From a virus: a stretch of 64,000 bases of DNA. A program made the translations under genes and the position numbers. Positions 37,449-47,341 of the stretch are shown here, in pieces (positions within the stretch are counted from its first letter, which is position 1; every line of letters starts with the position of its first letter). The stretch lies in IMG/VR virus record IMGVR_UViG_3300025141_011788, positions 3,949-67,948 of that record. One strand, given 5' to 3'. A model generated the notes under the pieces. It had not been told where the DNA came from and ran no database searches. It saw only the letters and a program-made list of their open reading frames with translations.

Positions 37449-37485
37449 CCATCTATTAGTATATTACAGGGGGTTTAGGATTCTG

Positions 37486-38289
37486 TCAAGTATTTGTTTG
37501 GGAATCAATCCATTCTTGTGCCACAGGATTCCGGACAGGGGCGTTAACAAACTTAGCAGACGCCTTCATAATATCATCGGCTACTGGCTTGTACTCATTA
37601 TTGTCGATATAGACAAAGTTTTCCCCAAAGAGAGAGGCGTACCTCTGCTTATTCTCTTGGACCTTGTGCCAAAGGTCGTCCACCAAGTCCGCACCAAGTT
37701 TTCGCTCTCGTTTAGCGTTACGCTCTTGGGCGACGTCGAGGTCAACATCGATGAACACCATCATCGTGTCGTAGCCAAGGCCTTCGAGCATCTCTTTGTT
37801 CCCAGCAAGCTTTTTATATTTACCGCCGGTTCCGTCAATGATAACCCCGAGCCTGCCGTCGAGGAACATATTAAACCTTTTGTTTGATAAATTTTTAGCG
37901 ACGTTTCTGATTGACTCTGGGTCGGCGGGGCTCTGGATCTTGTCCCACAACTCAGGATCTTCCTTTGCTATACGGGCAAGGTCGCCCTTTTCTATGCCGG
38001 CCTTCTCCAAGCCGATCTCAAACAAAGTATCTGAGTTTACCACCTTTAGGCCCGTTGGGGAAAAGGAAGCTTTGTCGAAAACCTTGTTTCCGTCTTCCGA
38101 TCTTAAGCCAAATAGAATGTCTGTGACAAAACTCTTCCCCGAGCCAGGACCGCCGGCCAAGAACACTGCTTTAAAAATCCCTGGGTCGTTGACGCCTTCG
38201 TCGAGATTGAGAGGCGATTCCAAGAGAACATCCCCGTGGGTGAGTTGTTCCCTAACCAAGCGGGTTATATCTTCTTTTGTAATCTTCAT
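37486..38289 (-). CDS. P-loop kinase (zeta-toxin/AAA_33-like) with MKITKEDITRLVRE leader
   Basis: AGGPGSGKS, VNSD, IIDGTG, AQERNAKR; CTACTTA at 38325-38331. Confidence 0.8.
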   Translation of the reverse strand: MKITKEDITRLVREQLTHGDVLLESPLNLDEGVNDPGIFKAVFLAGGPGSGKSFVTDILFGLRSEDGNKVFDKASFSPTGLKVVNSDTLFEIGLEKAGIEKGDLARIAKEDPELWDKIQSPADPESIRNVAKNLSNKRFNMFLDGRLGVIIDGTGGKYKKLAGNKEMLEGLGYDTMMVFIDVDLDVAQERNAKRERKLGADLVDDLWHKVQENKQRYASLFGENFVYIDNNEYKPVADDIMKASAKFVNAPVRNPVAQEWIDSQTNT

Positions 38290-38337
38290 TATATTTTGTC
38301 CTCGGAGTGGTGCGGCCAACTCTATAAGTAGTTGCTT

Positions 38338-41300
38338 TTAAGTCAATCTCTTCAAATTTTTGGACACTCCGAATGTACTGAAGCCCCATTTCTCTTCATG
38401 CTTTAACTTGCCCATGTAAACCTTGTTCAAGTGAAGTCGATCTGATTCTCTAACTCCCCAACACTTAATATCCTCATCGGCGCCGTTAATATCAATAACC
38501 TTTAAGATCCAATACTCTTTTCCATTCTTTGTCTTTCTTTTGATTACTTCCCGAGGAATAAACCAACAGACCTTGAGTTCAGGGTCGAACTCTGAGATTG
38601 GAGGACAGGCGTGAGTGTATAGCTTTTCTTGCAACTCTTCGGACATAACCGCATCTACAGGGAAGATGCCCGTTAAAGAAGCGAAGTGTTCAATCTTCTC
38701 TTCGTTGGAGAAGTCTCCCTCGGCGGCATAAGTCTCGATGTTCTCCAAGAGCTTCTTTTTGGACTTTGGTCGATCAACTGCTACGGCTGACCAGTAGTGG
38801 TTAAGGCCTGTGAATCGAAGGTCCATTAAATCATTCAGAGCTTGGGATCTTACGAGGACATCCACAGCTTTCTTGTTCAATTTAGAGTAGACGATCTCCT
38901 TATGAAAGAGAAAGTCCTCGACCGTCTCGAAGGGACGATGAGCAATAATCTGGTCAATGGCAGCGTCGCCGAGACCCTTGATGCCCCCGAGCGGCTGGAT
39001 CAGCGTCTTGCCGTCCTTGCTGATCTCCCATACTCGGCCGGAGTTATTAATACTCGGAGGAGCAATAGAAAAGCCAAGCTTCTTCGCAATGTTAATGGCA
39101 GCAGCCTTACGCTTTTCAGGTTCTTTATCGAGGAACGCCGCAGCCCACTCAGCCTCATAGTAAGTTGAAAGCCAGGCACACTGATAGGAGATAATCGCAT
39201 AACTACAACTGTGCGAGGCATTAAAAGCATAAGCATTGAAGTAAATGAACTTCCGCCACATATCGTCAGCTTGGCGTTCCGTGATGCCTTTTTCTAGGCA
39301 GCCGGCGACAAACTTCTTCTTGATCTCTTCCGCTTTACCACCTTTTCCGGTGCCTCGCTTGGTCAGCACTTTTCGTAGAAGGTTGCCTTCGTCAAGTGAA
39401 ATGTCTTTCCCGAGCTTGTGGGCGAGCATTGCCAACTGCTCTTGGAAGATCAAGAAGCCGGTGTCCTTAAGAATTTCTTGCTCTAGTGGATGGATGTACT
39501 CAACCGTGTCTGGGTCTTCTTTCCACATTAAATACTGATCATGAACTTTTGCCGCCAAAGGACCTGGGCGATAGATCGCAGTAATATTTGATAGTTCTTC
39601 GATCGAACTTGGACGAGCCGCTGTGCAAAACTGTTGAACACCCTTTTGCGTGAACTGGAATGTCCCTACGAAGTTGCCCTTGTGGAATACATTTTCCCAA
39701 ACATGCTGGTCCCCAAAATCAATTGTCTCTGGGTTGAGGTATGTGTTGTAGTAGTCCTTCACCTGATCAAATGTCGGGTTTTCAATGTTCTTGTGGCGGC
39801 GAAGGATATGCTCAATCGCCCCTTGGATCATACGCAAGGTGCTGAGCCCGAGAAGGTCGAACTTGATGAAACCCATAGGCTCAAGATGTCGAACATTCTG
39901 CCCCTCTGCCCAGGGCGTCTGTCGCTTCCCTTGGAAGTTGATCAGCGGCATGTGGCTACTGATGTTCTCCGAGATAATCGCACCGCCGGCGTGAGTGGAT
40001 AGCCCTCTTGGGTTGCCGAGAATGTTTTCCACATGGGTGGCAATAGAAGGGTGCTTTTTAAAGTAACCTTGTAGGCTTTCTGAATACTTCTTGACCTCAT
40101 CGTAAGTAGGGGCATAGACACCGGCGGTGATCCCGTGTGCCTTTTTTGCTTTAGGAGTTGCTTCGATAAGCATCTTACCGGTAACGTTATTTACCTCGGT
40201 GAAAGGCACGTCGTAAAACTTACTAATATCCTTAATCAGGGATCGGAGCTGTAACGTGTTCACATTTGTAATCGAAACTACCGAGTCCTCTCCCCACATT
40301 TCCGTAAGGCTATCTACTAAGACCTTTCGCTCGGAACAGTCAAAATCAATATCCGGCATGCCCGAAGAATACTTACTCAAGAATCTCTCGAACTGTAAAT
40401 GGTATTTAATTGGGTCCACCTGAGTGATCCCAAGGACATAGGACATCAATGCACCGGCTGCCGAGCCACGGGCAGTCCCACACAACTGGGTTTCCCACGC
40501 TTTGTCACTGATCGCCTTCATCGTCAAGAAGTACTTGGCGAAATCCCGCTCTTTAATTACATCGAGTTCATACTTTAGACGATCGACATATTCCTTGTTC
40601 CGGTGAAGATTCTTTTCTTTTAGTCCCCGAATACAATCTTCAGTCAAAGCTTGAATCGCCGTCTTCCCCTCAGGTACTACGAAATCAGGCAGGCGAACCG
40701 TAGTATCAGGCTGAAAATCCTCGATAAGCTCGGTTGCGATGTAGTGGGTGCGTTCGATGGAGGCTCGCACTAAATAGTCGTCATACTCTACCCCACACTT
40801 GGCGGAATACTTTTTATATGCCGCCCACATCTCATCCCCATTCTTAGGGTATAGCTCGTAGCCGATCTCGTCCGTATTCTCCGGTAGCATGTTAGGGTTC
40901 TCAGCCCACTCGGGAGCTTTACCTTTACCTGCCCAGCCGATGCGTTTATACATCTCTCGGTCTTTCCACATATCCGGCTCCGGATAGTGGCTGTCGGCCG
41001 TTGAGATAAGCTCAATGCCCATCTCGGTACATGCCTGGATCACATAGTTGTTGATGATGTGTTGGTCAGGAATGGCGTTCCACTGGAGTTCTCCGTAAAA
41101 CCTATCCCCGAAGATGTCTACAAACTGAGCCAGGACATGTCGAACTGCCTCAATAATATGATCTGAAGTCTTGTCCCGGTTGTCATAGTATGCACGAGCA
41201 ACGATGCCTGACATGCAAGCGGTACTGACGATTAACCCTTCACTGTGCTTAGCCAACATGTCAAAATCAACACGAGGGAAACGATAGAAGTTTTCTTGTT

Positions 41301-41763
41301 TGTAACTGTCCGAAACCAGCTTGAACAGATTGTTTAAACCTGTTTGGTTTTGTGCCAATACCACGAGGTGGGCACGGCTCTTGAGAGGGTTCCGCTTCTT
41401 TTGGCGGTCTTCGTCCTCTACAACAATACCGTAGTCTTCCTTTTTAACCTTCTTCTGGGTCTCTTTCCAATCTGCGTACTCCTTGCGCCATTTCTTGTGG
41501 GAAGGGATGAAGTACATCTCGCAGCCGAAGATGGTTTTGATATCCCGTCCTTCGCTCTTCATCTGTTTAGCGTGTTCAAGATAATAGACAAGAGAGTTCA
41601 TGTTGCCGTGATTGGTCGTCGCAAAACTATCCATACCGTTCTGATAGGCAAACTCTAAATGTTGAGACGGCTGGCCGAAGCCATCGAATGGACTCCCAAT
41701 CCCGTCGTGGGTATGTAAATTCACAAAAGGGATTGAGGAGGTTTTGCGAGAAGTGTCGCTCAT
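38338..41763 (-). CDS. dnaE: DNA polymerase III alpha subunit (family C)
   Basis: PHP HTHD/ADSHY, RGSAAG, FERFL, PDIDFD, KFDLLGL, YAFNASH. Confidence 0.96.
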   Translation of the reverse strand: MSDTSRKTSSIPFVNLHTHDGIGSPFDGFGQPSQHLEFAYQNGMDSFATTNHGNMNSLVYYLEHAKQMKSEGRDIKTIFGCEMYFIPSHKKWRKEYADWKETQKKVKKEDYGIVVEDEDRQKKRNPLKSRAHLVVLAQNQTGLNNLFKLVSDSYKQENFYRFPRVDFDMLAKHSEGLIVSTACMSGIVARAYYDNRDKTSDHIIEAVRHVLAQFVDIFGDRFYGELQWNAIPDQHIINNYVIQACTEMGIELISTADSHYPEPDMWKDREMYKRIGWAGKGKAPEWAENPNMLPENTDEIGYELYPKNGDEMWAAYKKYSAKCGVEYDDYLVRASIERTHYIATELIEDFQPDTTVRLPDFVVPEGKTAIQALTEDCIRGLKEKNLHRNKEYVDRLKYELDVIKERDFAKYFLTMKAISDKAWETQLCGTARGSAAGALMSYVLGITQVDPIKYHLQFERFLSKYSSGMPDIDFDCSERKVLVDSLTEMWGEDSVVSITNVNTLQLRSLIKDISKFYDVPFTEVNNVTGKMLIEATPKAKKAHGITAGVYAPTYDEVKKYSESLQGYFKKHPSIATHVENILGNPRGLSTHAGGAIISENISSHMPLINFQGKRQTPWAEGQNVRHLEPMGFIKFDLLGLSTLRMIQGAIEHILRRHKNIENPTFDQVKDYYNTYLNPETIDFGDQHVWENVFHKGNFVGTFQFTQKGVQQFCTAARPSSIEELSNITAIYRPGPLAAKVHDQYLMWKEDPDTVEYIHPLEQEILKDTGFLIFQEQLAMLAHKLGKDISLDEGNLLRKVLTKRGTGKGGKAEEIKKKFVAGCLEKGITERQADDMWRKFIYFNAYAFNASHSCSYAIISYQCAWLSTYYEAEWAAAFLDKEPEKRKAAAINIAKKLGFSIAPPSINNSGRVWEISKDGKTLIQPLGGIKGLGDAAIDQIIAHRPFETVEDFLFHKEIVYSKLNKKAVDVLVRSQALNDLMDLRFTGLNHYWSAVAVDRPKSKKKLLENIETYAAEGDFSNEEKIEHFASLTGIFPVDAVMSEELQEKLYTHACPPISEFDPELKVCWFIPREVIKRKTKNGKEYWILKVIDINGADEDIKCWGVRESDRLHLNKVYMGKLKHEEKWGFSTFGVSKNLKRLT

Positions 41764-41794
41764 AGGTTTGACCTTTCAGATGGTCGGTCGTGTT

Positions 41795-42316
41795 TTAAGG
41801 AGTGGGCATTGAAAGAGGGGGCGTTAAGGGGTCTGCCTGGAGCATGTGTCTTTCTAGCTCTGGGAGGCCGTAGCCCTTGATCCTCCAGTTTTCCTTTGGA
41901 CGGCAGCCGATAGGAGTCCATAGATTTAATTGCTGCCTCATCTCTTTGGTCTGCTCTTTCATCGCTTCAAACTCTTTGGCATTCTTTTTAACCTCGACGG
42001 TTAAGGTTCTCACCGCCCGTGTATTCTGTGCTGCTATTTTATCATATACCCCGAAATAGTCAAGGCCAATAAGCACTGCGGCGACAAATAATACGCAGAC
42101 AATGAAAGTGGTGATTGCCGTCCAGACGACCGCTGAGATATAGTTGGGGCGGACTTTCTTCTGAGATGTCCCCGCTGCTTCAAATTCATAAACCTCTTGG
42201 ACATTCATCGATGCCTCGGCATCTTCTCTTAACCGCTGCCATGTTTCTCTGTGCCGGTCGTCGTTGTTGTTATTCATCAGCCTCTTTCTTTTCATCCGCC
42301 GGGTGAGCCATCCCAA
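41795..42316 (-). CDS. single-TM coiled-coil protein
   Basis: Long hydrophobic helix mid-protein. Confidence 0.55.
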   Translation of the reverse strand: MGWLTRRMKRKRLMNNNNDDRHRETWQRLREDAEASMNVQEVYEFEAAGTSQKKVRPNYISAVVWTAITTFIVCVLFVAAVLIGLDYFGVYDKIAAQNTRAVRTLTVEVKKNAKEFEAMKEQTKEMRQQLNLWTPIGCRPKENWRIKGYGLPELERHMLQADPLTPPLSMPTP

Positions 42317-42659
42317 AGAATTGCTGCTCGCCGTCTTCGAAAGTAATGATCGTACCGTTTTTCGGATGGGGTGCGATATGAGTAGTTACAAAGTCATTCA
42401 TGGAATCGAAAATCGCAATAGAGCCTTTCGGTGAAGGCAGGAGCCAATGAACAACCGCTTGGCCAGTTGCCAACTCAATGCCCTCGATTACGATCCCTTC
42501 GCCACTTACTCCTGACTCGTCAGCTTGGCGGCAAACCGTAAAAGTGCGGATGCCTTGAGGTGCTTTTCGGGAAGGTGGCTTAGGCTTCAGCGCCTCCGAG
42601 GTCGTATCTTGTTCCTCTGCTGCCTCAAGAACAAGGTCCTCTTTCTCTTCACTGCTCAC
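42270..42659 (-). CDS. conserved phage hypothetical protein
   Basis: RTFTVCRQADESGVSGEGIVIEG pattern. Confidence 0.7.
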   Translation of the reverse strand: MSSEEKEDLVLEAAEEQDTTSEALKPKPPSRKAPQGIRTFTVCRQADESGVSGEGIVIEGIELATGQAVVHWLLPSPKGSIAIFDSMNDFVTTHIAPHPKNGTIITFEDGEQQFFGMAHPADEKKEADE

Positions 42660-42942
42660 TTAAAACACACTCAGTCGTATCATCAAGATCACGAACGACT
42701 GCCTTAAGGTGGTCAAGTTCAACTGGGCGGATTTCATCAGCTCGGAAAGTATACTTCCTCGTGTCCTCATTGCGAAGGTGGTTTGTCCACTCTACGCCTT
42801 CGTTATATACCTGATCCTGTACCCAGTCAACCCGAAAATGAGTCCACTTGTTTTCTACGAACTTCTCACGGACAGTCCCAAAGCGGAGGAGGCCGTGGTG
42901 GTAGTTGTAAACAACGCTTCCAATATCAATTCCCATATTCAC
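42649..42942 (-). CDS. SH3-like protein
   Basis: IGSVVYN...FGTV...RVDWV. Confidence 0.6.
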   Translation of the reverse strand: MNMGIDIGSVVYNYHHGLLRFGTVREKFVENKWTHFRVDWVQDQVYNEGVEWTNHLRNEDTRKYTFRADEIRPVELDHLKAVVRDLDDTTECVLSEQ

Positions 42943-43448
42943 CTCTCTAGAGCCTCACGCTCTTCATCTGATAATCTCTTTGCCTTTTTCGGCACGAACA
43001 ACGAAACAACATCAAAGCCGCCGCCATAAAAGACTCCATCATACTTCTCACGGAGTGTGAGCAACAGCTCGTCCCACTCCACTCCCTTTCTCAGCCCGTA
43101 TACCGGGTGCCTAATCTTTTCCTTATAACCTTCCGTATCTGTTCTTAGATCATATACCCGATTGGCGGGAATGTCAAGAGAATAAAGATTAGGGGTCACA
43201 GTGAGGCCCTTCTCTCGCTGACCTACATCTACATAAAAGAAGGTGCGAGGGACAGTGCTTACATTATATTCATTACTGGAATATGAGCTTCTCGTCTTCT
43301 TGTCCGCAAATCGTGCTGGGTCAATCTCTAGTTCTTCTTGGTTTGCCTTAGAGTAGTGATAGAGGCGAATCATACCACCTTCAATATAAGAATTCAATTC
43401 CGCTTCCGGGATTAAATACTTGTTAAAGTTTTCTATTAGTTTTTTCAT
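42939..43448 (-). CDS. putative ADP-ribosyltransferase-fold protein
   Basis: LYHYS, FFY, YDGV motifs; MKKLIENFNKYL leader; CTATTTA at 43490-43496. Confidence 0.45.
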   Translation of the reverse strand: MKKLIENFNKYLIPEAELNSYIEGGMIRLYHYSKANQEELEIDPARFADKKTRSSYSSNEYNVSTVPRTFFYVDVGQREKGLTVTPNLYSLDIPANRVYDLRTDTEGYKEKIRHPVYGLRKGVEWDELLLTLREKYDGVFYGGGFDVVSLFVPKKAKRLSDEEREALER

Positions 43449-43499
43449 TTTGACCTCCCGAGATTGTCATTCAGAGTATCTCTTTCACCTAAATAGGCG

Positions 43500-43778
43500 T
43501 TATTCGAACGAACAAACAATTGAAGATTCAGGAATAAAGGTAAAAGTCTCGTCACCGATCTCTACTTTTTCCGCCAAGTGGGACATCGCTACAACATGAG
43601 TGCCCTCAGGGTATTCATCCGCATTACCTAGAGCACTTCGCAATACCAAATAAGTGGTATAGATTTTAGGCTCCTTGTTAAACCCGTCAGGTACTAAAAA
43701 CGCTGAGTCGTTAGCCAAGCTAGGTAATTGAGGTTCTGCCACAAGTAGTCGTTTATTAATTGGTCGTAAGTTTTTCAT
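43500..43778 (-). CDS. groES: divergent GroES-like co-chaperonin
   Basis: LRPINKRLLV...FLVP...G..V...EKVEIGDETFTFIPESSIV; 92 aa. Confidence 0.65.
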   Translation of the reverse strand: MKNLRPINKRLLVAEPQLPSLANDSAFLVPDGFNKEPKIYTTYLVLRSALGNADEYPEGTHVVAMSHLAEKVEIGDETFTFIPESSIVCSFE

Positions 43779-43854
43779 TTTAATATTCTTCCTTTGGTTT
43801 CCTTATCTTAACTCACTTCGGGTGATTTGTAAAGTTTCTTTTTATGCCCCGAAA

Positions 43855-45726
43855 TCAGACTATAGTACAGGTGCCGCCGGCGCAGGCCAGATTCTCCGCC
43901 TGGGTTGTGTTGTCTTCCAGTTCCACAATCGCCGTGACATCTACATCAACCAGTGCTGCCATCATTGCCTCGTAGGTCTCCTTTGAACAATCTTCGAATG
44001 GAGCCTGTTTGTAAGTGTGGGCAGCGTCATCATGAGGAAGGAGAGACAGGCCTGTATAGTGGTCACGGTTTTTCCACATCCATTCGGAAAGATCACCCCA
44101 TTCGTTGTCCCGAACGCTTACCGTTGCCGAGACGTTGTTCTTGTTGGACCCTCGACGGTGACCTTCAGATACCCATTCCTGACTAACCTTCTTCACCCGT
44201 TCTAGGAATCGGTAGGCAGACTCGTCACGAATAATTGCACCCTCCGGTGCTCTTTGCGGGATTGAGATCACAGCAGTGTCGTGAGGGCGGAAGAATTCAT
44301 CTTCCACCAACTCCGGGTGGTGGACGGCGAGGTGGTGATAGATTGCCTCATTCTTACCTACCCGAATACGCCGGATGTAATAAGGAGCATGCCAGGCGTG
44401 GATTCCCGAGGAAGTGCCAAGTACTAATGAAGTTGTACCTGCGGGCTTGACCGCCGTAGTTCGAGCGGCGGGGCGAATACCAAGTAACTCTGCAACTCGG
44501 GAATTCTCGTCCTTGACCACTTGTGCCGCCTGCTTCATTGAGATTTCCTCTCCCAATACAGCGCCGGAAGCAATGCCCGTCATGGACACTCCGATGAGAG
44601 CATCTCGTTCTGTGTTTCGCTGCCAGCAACCACGAAGGTAGTGAAAGTCAGTGTATGACGCCTGTAGGGTAGCGATGAAAGCACCCGCTCTGGCCCTGGT
44701 GTTCAGTTCCTCTTGGCTCTCAACATCACTCGCATTGATTTCAACTAGGTTGCAAAAAGTATTATTTTTAAGGCTGATCTCGTGACATGGGTTAAAACCC
44801 ATTTCTTTATCGTTTGACAAGCTAATGCCTGGCTCGCCTGCTTTACTAGCCTCCGTTCGAGCTAGAAGATCCATGAAGAACTCTTTGTCAACACGATGAC
44901 GCATCACTAATACCGAGTTGTTAGCCCTGCCTCGCTGAGGGTTACCTTCCCACCAGTTGCCAGCCTTCGCACCGAGCATCTCTTCGTCGTCGGCGCTGAA
45001 CAAGGCAATCATAGCTGCTCGCCGGATACCGCCAGCAAGAACAGCATCGGCGATATGACACATGATATCGTGAACCTCGACTGTAGTGAGTCGAGCGCCC
45101 ACCTCCTTTGCTTCCAGAATGCCCTCTAGCTTCACCAGGCACTCTCGCAAGGGCTGTGGCCCAGGAGCCTTACCCCCTGAGGTAACCAAAAGAGTACCCT
45201 TTGAGCGAATATCGCTGTAATCGAAGCGGATTTTAGAGCCGCCGAAGTAATAAGAGCGTACCAGCGCCTTAATAGAGTCTGCCCAGCCTTCGATGCTGTC
45301 CCCAATTAAAAAGCGACGGGTGCGAGCACTATTCGGATGGACGATCTCAGGTAGTTGCTCTACATGGTGTCGTTGGATCGAGTATCCAACCCCGCAGCCT
45401 GCTAGTAAAAGAAACATCGCTTCGCTAAAAGCTCGATAGTCGTTTACCGGCATATAGGAACAGTTGTTAATACGGGCTGGGTTTACCTCAATTGGCTTGC
45501 CGGCGAATTGCATTGAGCGCATCGAGGGTAGCACCTTCTTGGCAGAAACAAAAGTATACGCCTCGTTGATCTCGTTTTTCAACTCGGGGAACTTCTTAAT
45601 GTGCATCTGTTTGTTGCGGGTGACCATTTCTTCGTAAGTCTCCCGACGGTTCTCCTCCGGAAGATATTTAGCATACTTCATGTAGGTCGTAATGTCTGAT
45701 AAAATGTCTACGGATCGATCCCTCAT
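43855..45726 (-). CDS. nrdJ: class II (B12-dependent) ribonucleotide reductase
   Basis: LPSMR, NCSY, NPCHEI, CNL, VKPAGTTS, C-terminal ACAGGTC; no small-subunit gene nearby. Confidence 0.9.
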   Translation of the reverse strand: MRDRSVDILSDITTYMKYAKYLPEENRRETYEEMVTRNKQMHIKKFPELKNEINEAYTFVSAKKVLPSMRSMQFAGKPIEVNPARINNCSYMPVNDYRAFSEAMFLLLAGCGVGYSIQRHHVEQLPEIVHPNSARTRRFLIGDSIEGWADSIKALVRSYYFGGSKIRFDYSDIRSKGTLLVTSGGKAPGPQPLRECLVKLEGILEAKEVGARLTTVEVHDIMCHIADAVLAGGIRRAAMIALFSADDEEMLGAKAGNWWEGNPQRGRANNSVLVMRHRVDKEFFMDLLARTEASKAGEPGISLSNDKEMGFNPCHEISLKNNTFCNLVEINASDVESQEELNTRARAGAFIATLQASYTDFHYLRGCWQRNTERDALIGVSMTGIASGAVLGEEISMKQAAQVVKDENSRVAELLGIRPAARTTAVKPAGTTSLVLGTSSGIHAWHAPYYIRRIRVGKNEAIYHHLAVHHPELVEDEFFRPHDTAVISIPQRAPEGAIIRDESAYRFLERVKKVSQEWVSEGHRRGSNKNNVSATVSVRDNEWGDLSEWMWKNRDHYTGLSLLPHDDAAHTYKQAPFEDCSKETYEAMMAALVDVDVTAIVELEDNTTQAENLACAGGTCTIV

Positions 45727-45763
45727 TTTTGCCCCTCTTTATATTATCATGTGTATTGTATTT

Positions 45764-47341
45764 CTATTCGACTGATGAAGGCACTTTACCTTCTTCCTCT
45801 AGTCTCTTCTTCAGACTCCTCAATGAATCTCTGAAGCTAGCCTTTCCGATATCTTCTATTTTCAAGGACTGGTCTTCTGGCTCCGCTGCGGTTTCTTCCG
45901 TAGGAGGTGCCTTGCCCTCTGTACTGCCACCTTTCTGACCTCTCTTCTCCGAGAGGAACTTTTTATATTTACTCTTCAGGTGGGTTTCTTGTTCTTTTTT
46001 TGTGGTTAATTTTGTTTTCCCGAAATTCATTGAATCGTCGTCCTGGGGGAGGACGTGCATGTATACCTTTGACAAGTCAATACTCATTGGAAAGACCACG
46101 CCGTCGATGCCGTTACGATTCTTGGCGATAAACATCTTGCCAGTGTTTTCGACCTTATCTTCCTTAGTCCGAGCGATCGAGCAAATGAAGTCAGCTACAA
46201 AACACTTGTTGAACGCCTCGCTGATGCTCTCCATCGTGATGACCTCTGCGTTGATGCCGCTGCGGTTTGTTTGCGAACACGTCCAAAGCGGACAATCTTG
46301 CTTCTGGGCTAGTCCTCGAAGACTCTCATAGATTCCCTCCAACCCATGACGTAATTCCTGATTGCTAAAGCCATTCCTCTCAGGTCGCAGAAGGTCCGCA
46401 TAGTCAACGATGATCATATCCGGATTGATGCCCCTTTGGCGGAGACGTTCTAAGTGAGTCTCGATCGTCTTGACCGAAGCTGACTTTGTTGGGTACTCCT
46501 TGACGATCAATTGACCTTCAACCTGTAGAATCTTTTCCTTGATCTGGTCCTTGCCTTCGTGTAAGCGACCCAAGTTGACTCCGGTAATACAAGAGTCGTA
46601 GCGTTGAGCAACCACCTTATCGGCAAGCTCCAGTGTGTAATGGACTACGGTTTTACCTGTCACAAGGGCTCGTGAACCAAGATGGACCATCGCCATACTC
46701 TTTCCCGAACCAGTACTTGCAATGACCACTCCGAGTTCTCTCTTGCCCAAGCCGCCACGGGTTACTTCGTCGATTTCTTGCCAGCCGGTTGTGATTGGCC
46801 CTCGGATTACCTTTTCATATCTTTCCTCAAAGTCTTCGACATATTCATGACCAAAGTTGTTATCCTCCCCTAGGAGCATTGCCTCGTTGATCACTTTAGA
46901 GATCTGCTCAAAAGAGGAACTCTGGAGGAGGTTCACACTCTTAAGGATTGCCTCTTTTAGCTTCTGTTTGCGGCAGAAGTCAAGGGCTTTTTCTTTTACA
47001 TAACCGATATCTTCGTTGTCTACGTCCTCGGTCTTAATCCGTACAAGCAAGTCTCTCACCTGTTTTTGGATGATCTCTGAATAGTCTTCCATCTCTGTTC
47101 GGATGACAGATGCCATAATACTGATCGTTGGATGGACCTCGTATTTTGACTTATAGTCGAAAATAAGCTGAGTAAACGCCTGTAAATACTTTAATTCCAG
47201 ATACTGAGTATCTAGGACCTCAGTCATCTGGTTTGCAAATGGGCGATCGAACAAGATTGCCTTTACTAGTTTTTCTTGAAAAGACTTTCCGAATTTACTG
47301 AAAGTCTCCTGTTCCCGATTAATCAAGGGAGTCTTAGTCAT
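45764..47341 (-). CDS. dnaB: replicative helicase (DnaB/gp41 family)
   Basis: ASTGSGKS, TLE, IVDYADLL, SQTNR, AKNRNG. Confidence 0.92.
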   Translation of the reverse strand: MTKTPLINREQETFSKFGKSFQEKLVKAILFDRPFANQMTEVLDTQYLELKYLQAFTQLIFDYKSKYEVHPTISIMASVIRTEMEDYSEIIQKQVRDLLVRIKTEDVDNEDIGYVKEKALDFCRKQKLKEAILKSVNLLQSSSFEQISKVINEAMLLGEDNNFGHEYVEDFEERYEKVIRGPITTGWQEIDEVTRGGLGKRELGVVIASTGSGKSMAMVHLGSRALVTGKTVVHYTLELADKVVAQRYDSCITGVNLGRLHEGKDQIKEKILQVEGQLIVKEYPTKSASVKTIETHLERLRQRGINPDMIIVDYADLLRPERNGFSNQELRHGLEGIYESLRGLAQKQDCPLWTCSQTNRSGINAEVITMESISEAFNKCFVADFICSIARTKEDKVENTGKMFIAKNRNGIDGVVFPMSIDLSKVYMHVLPQDDDSMNFGKTKLTTKKEQETHLKSKYKKFLSEKRGQKGGSTEGKAPPTEETAAEPEDQSLKIEDIGKASFRDSLRSLKKRLEEEGKVPSSVE

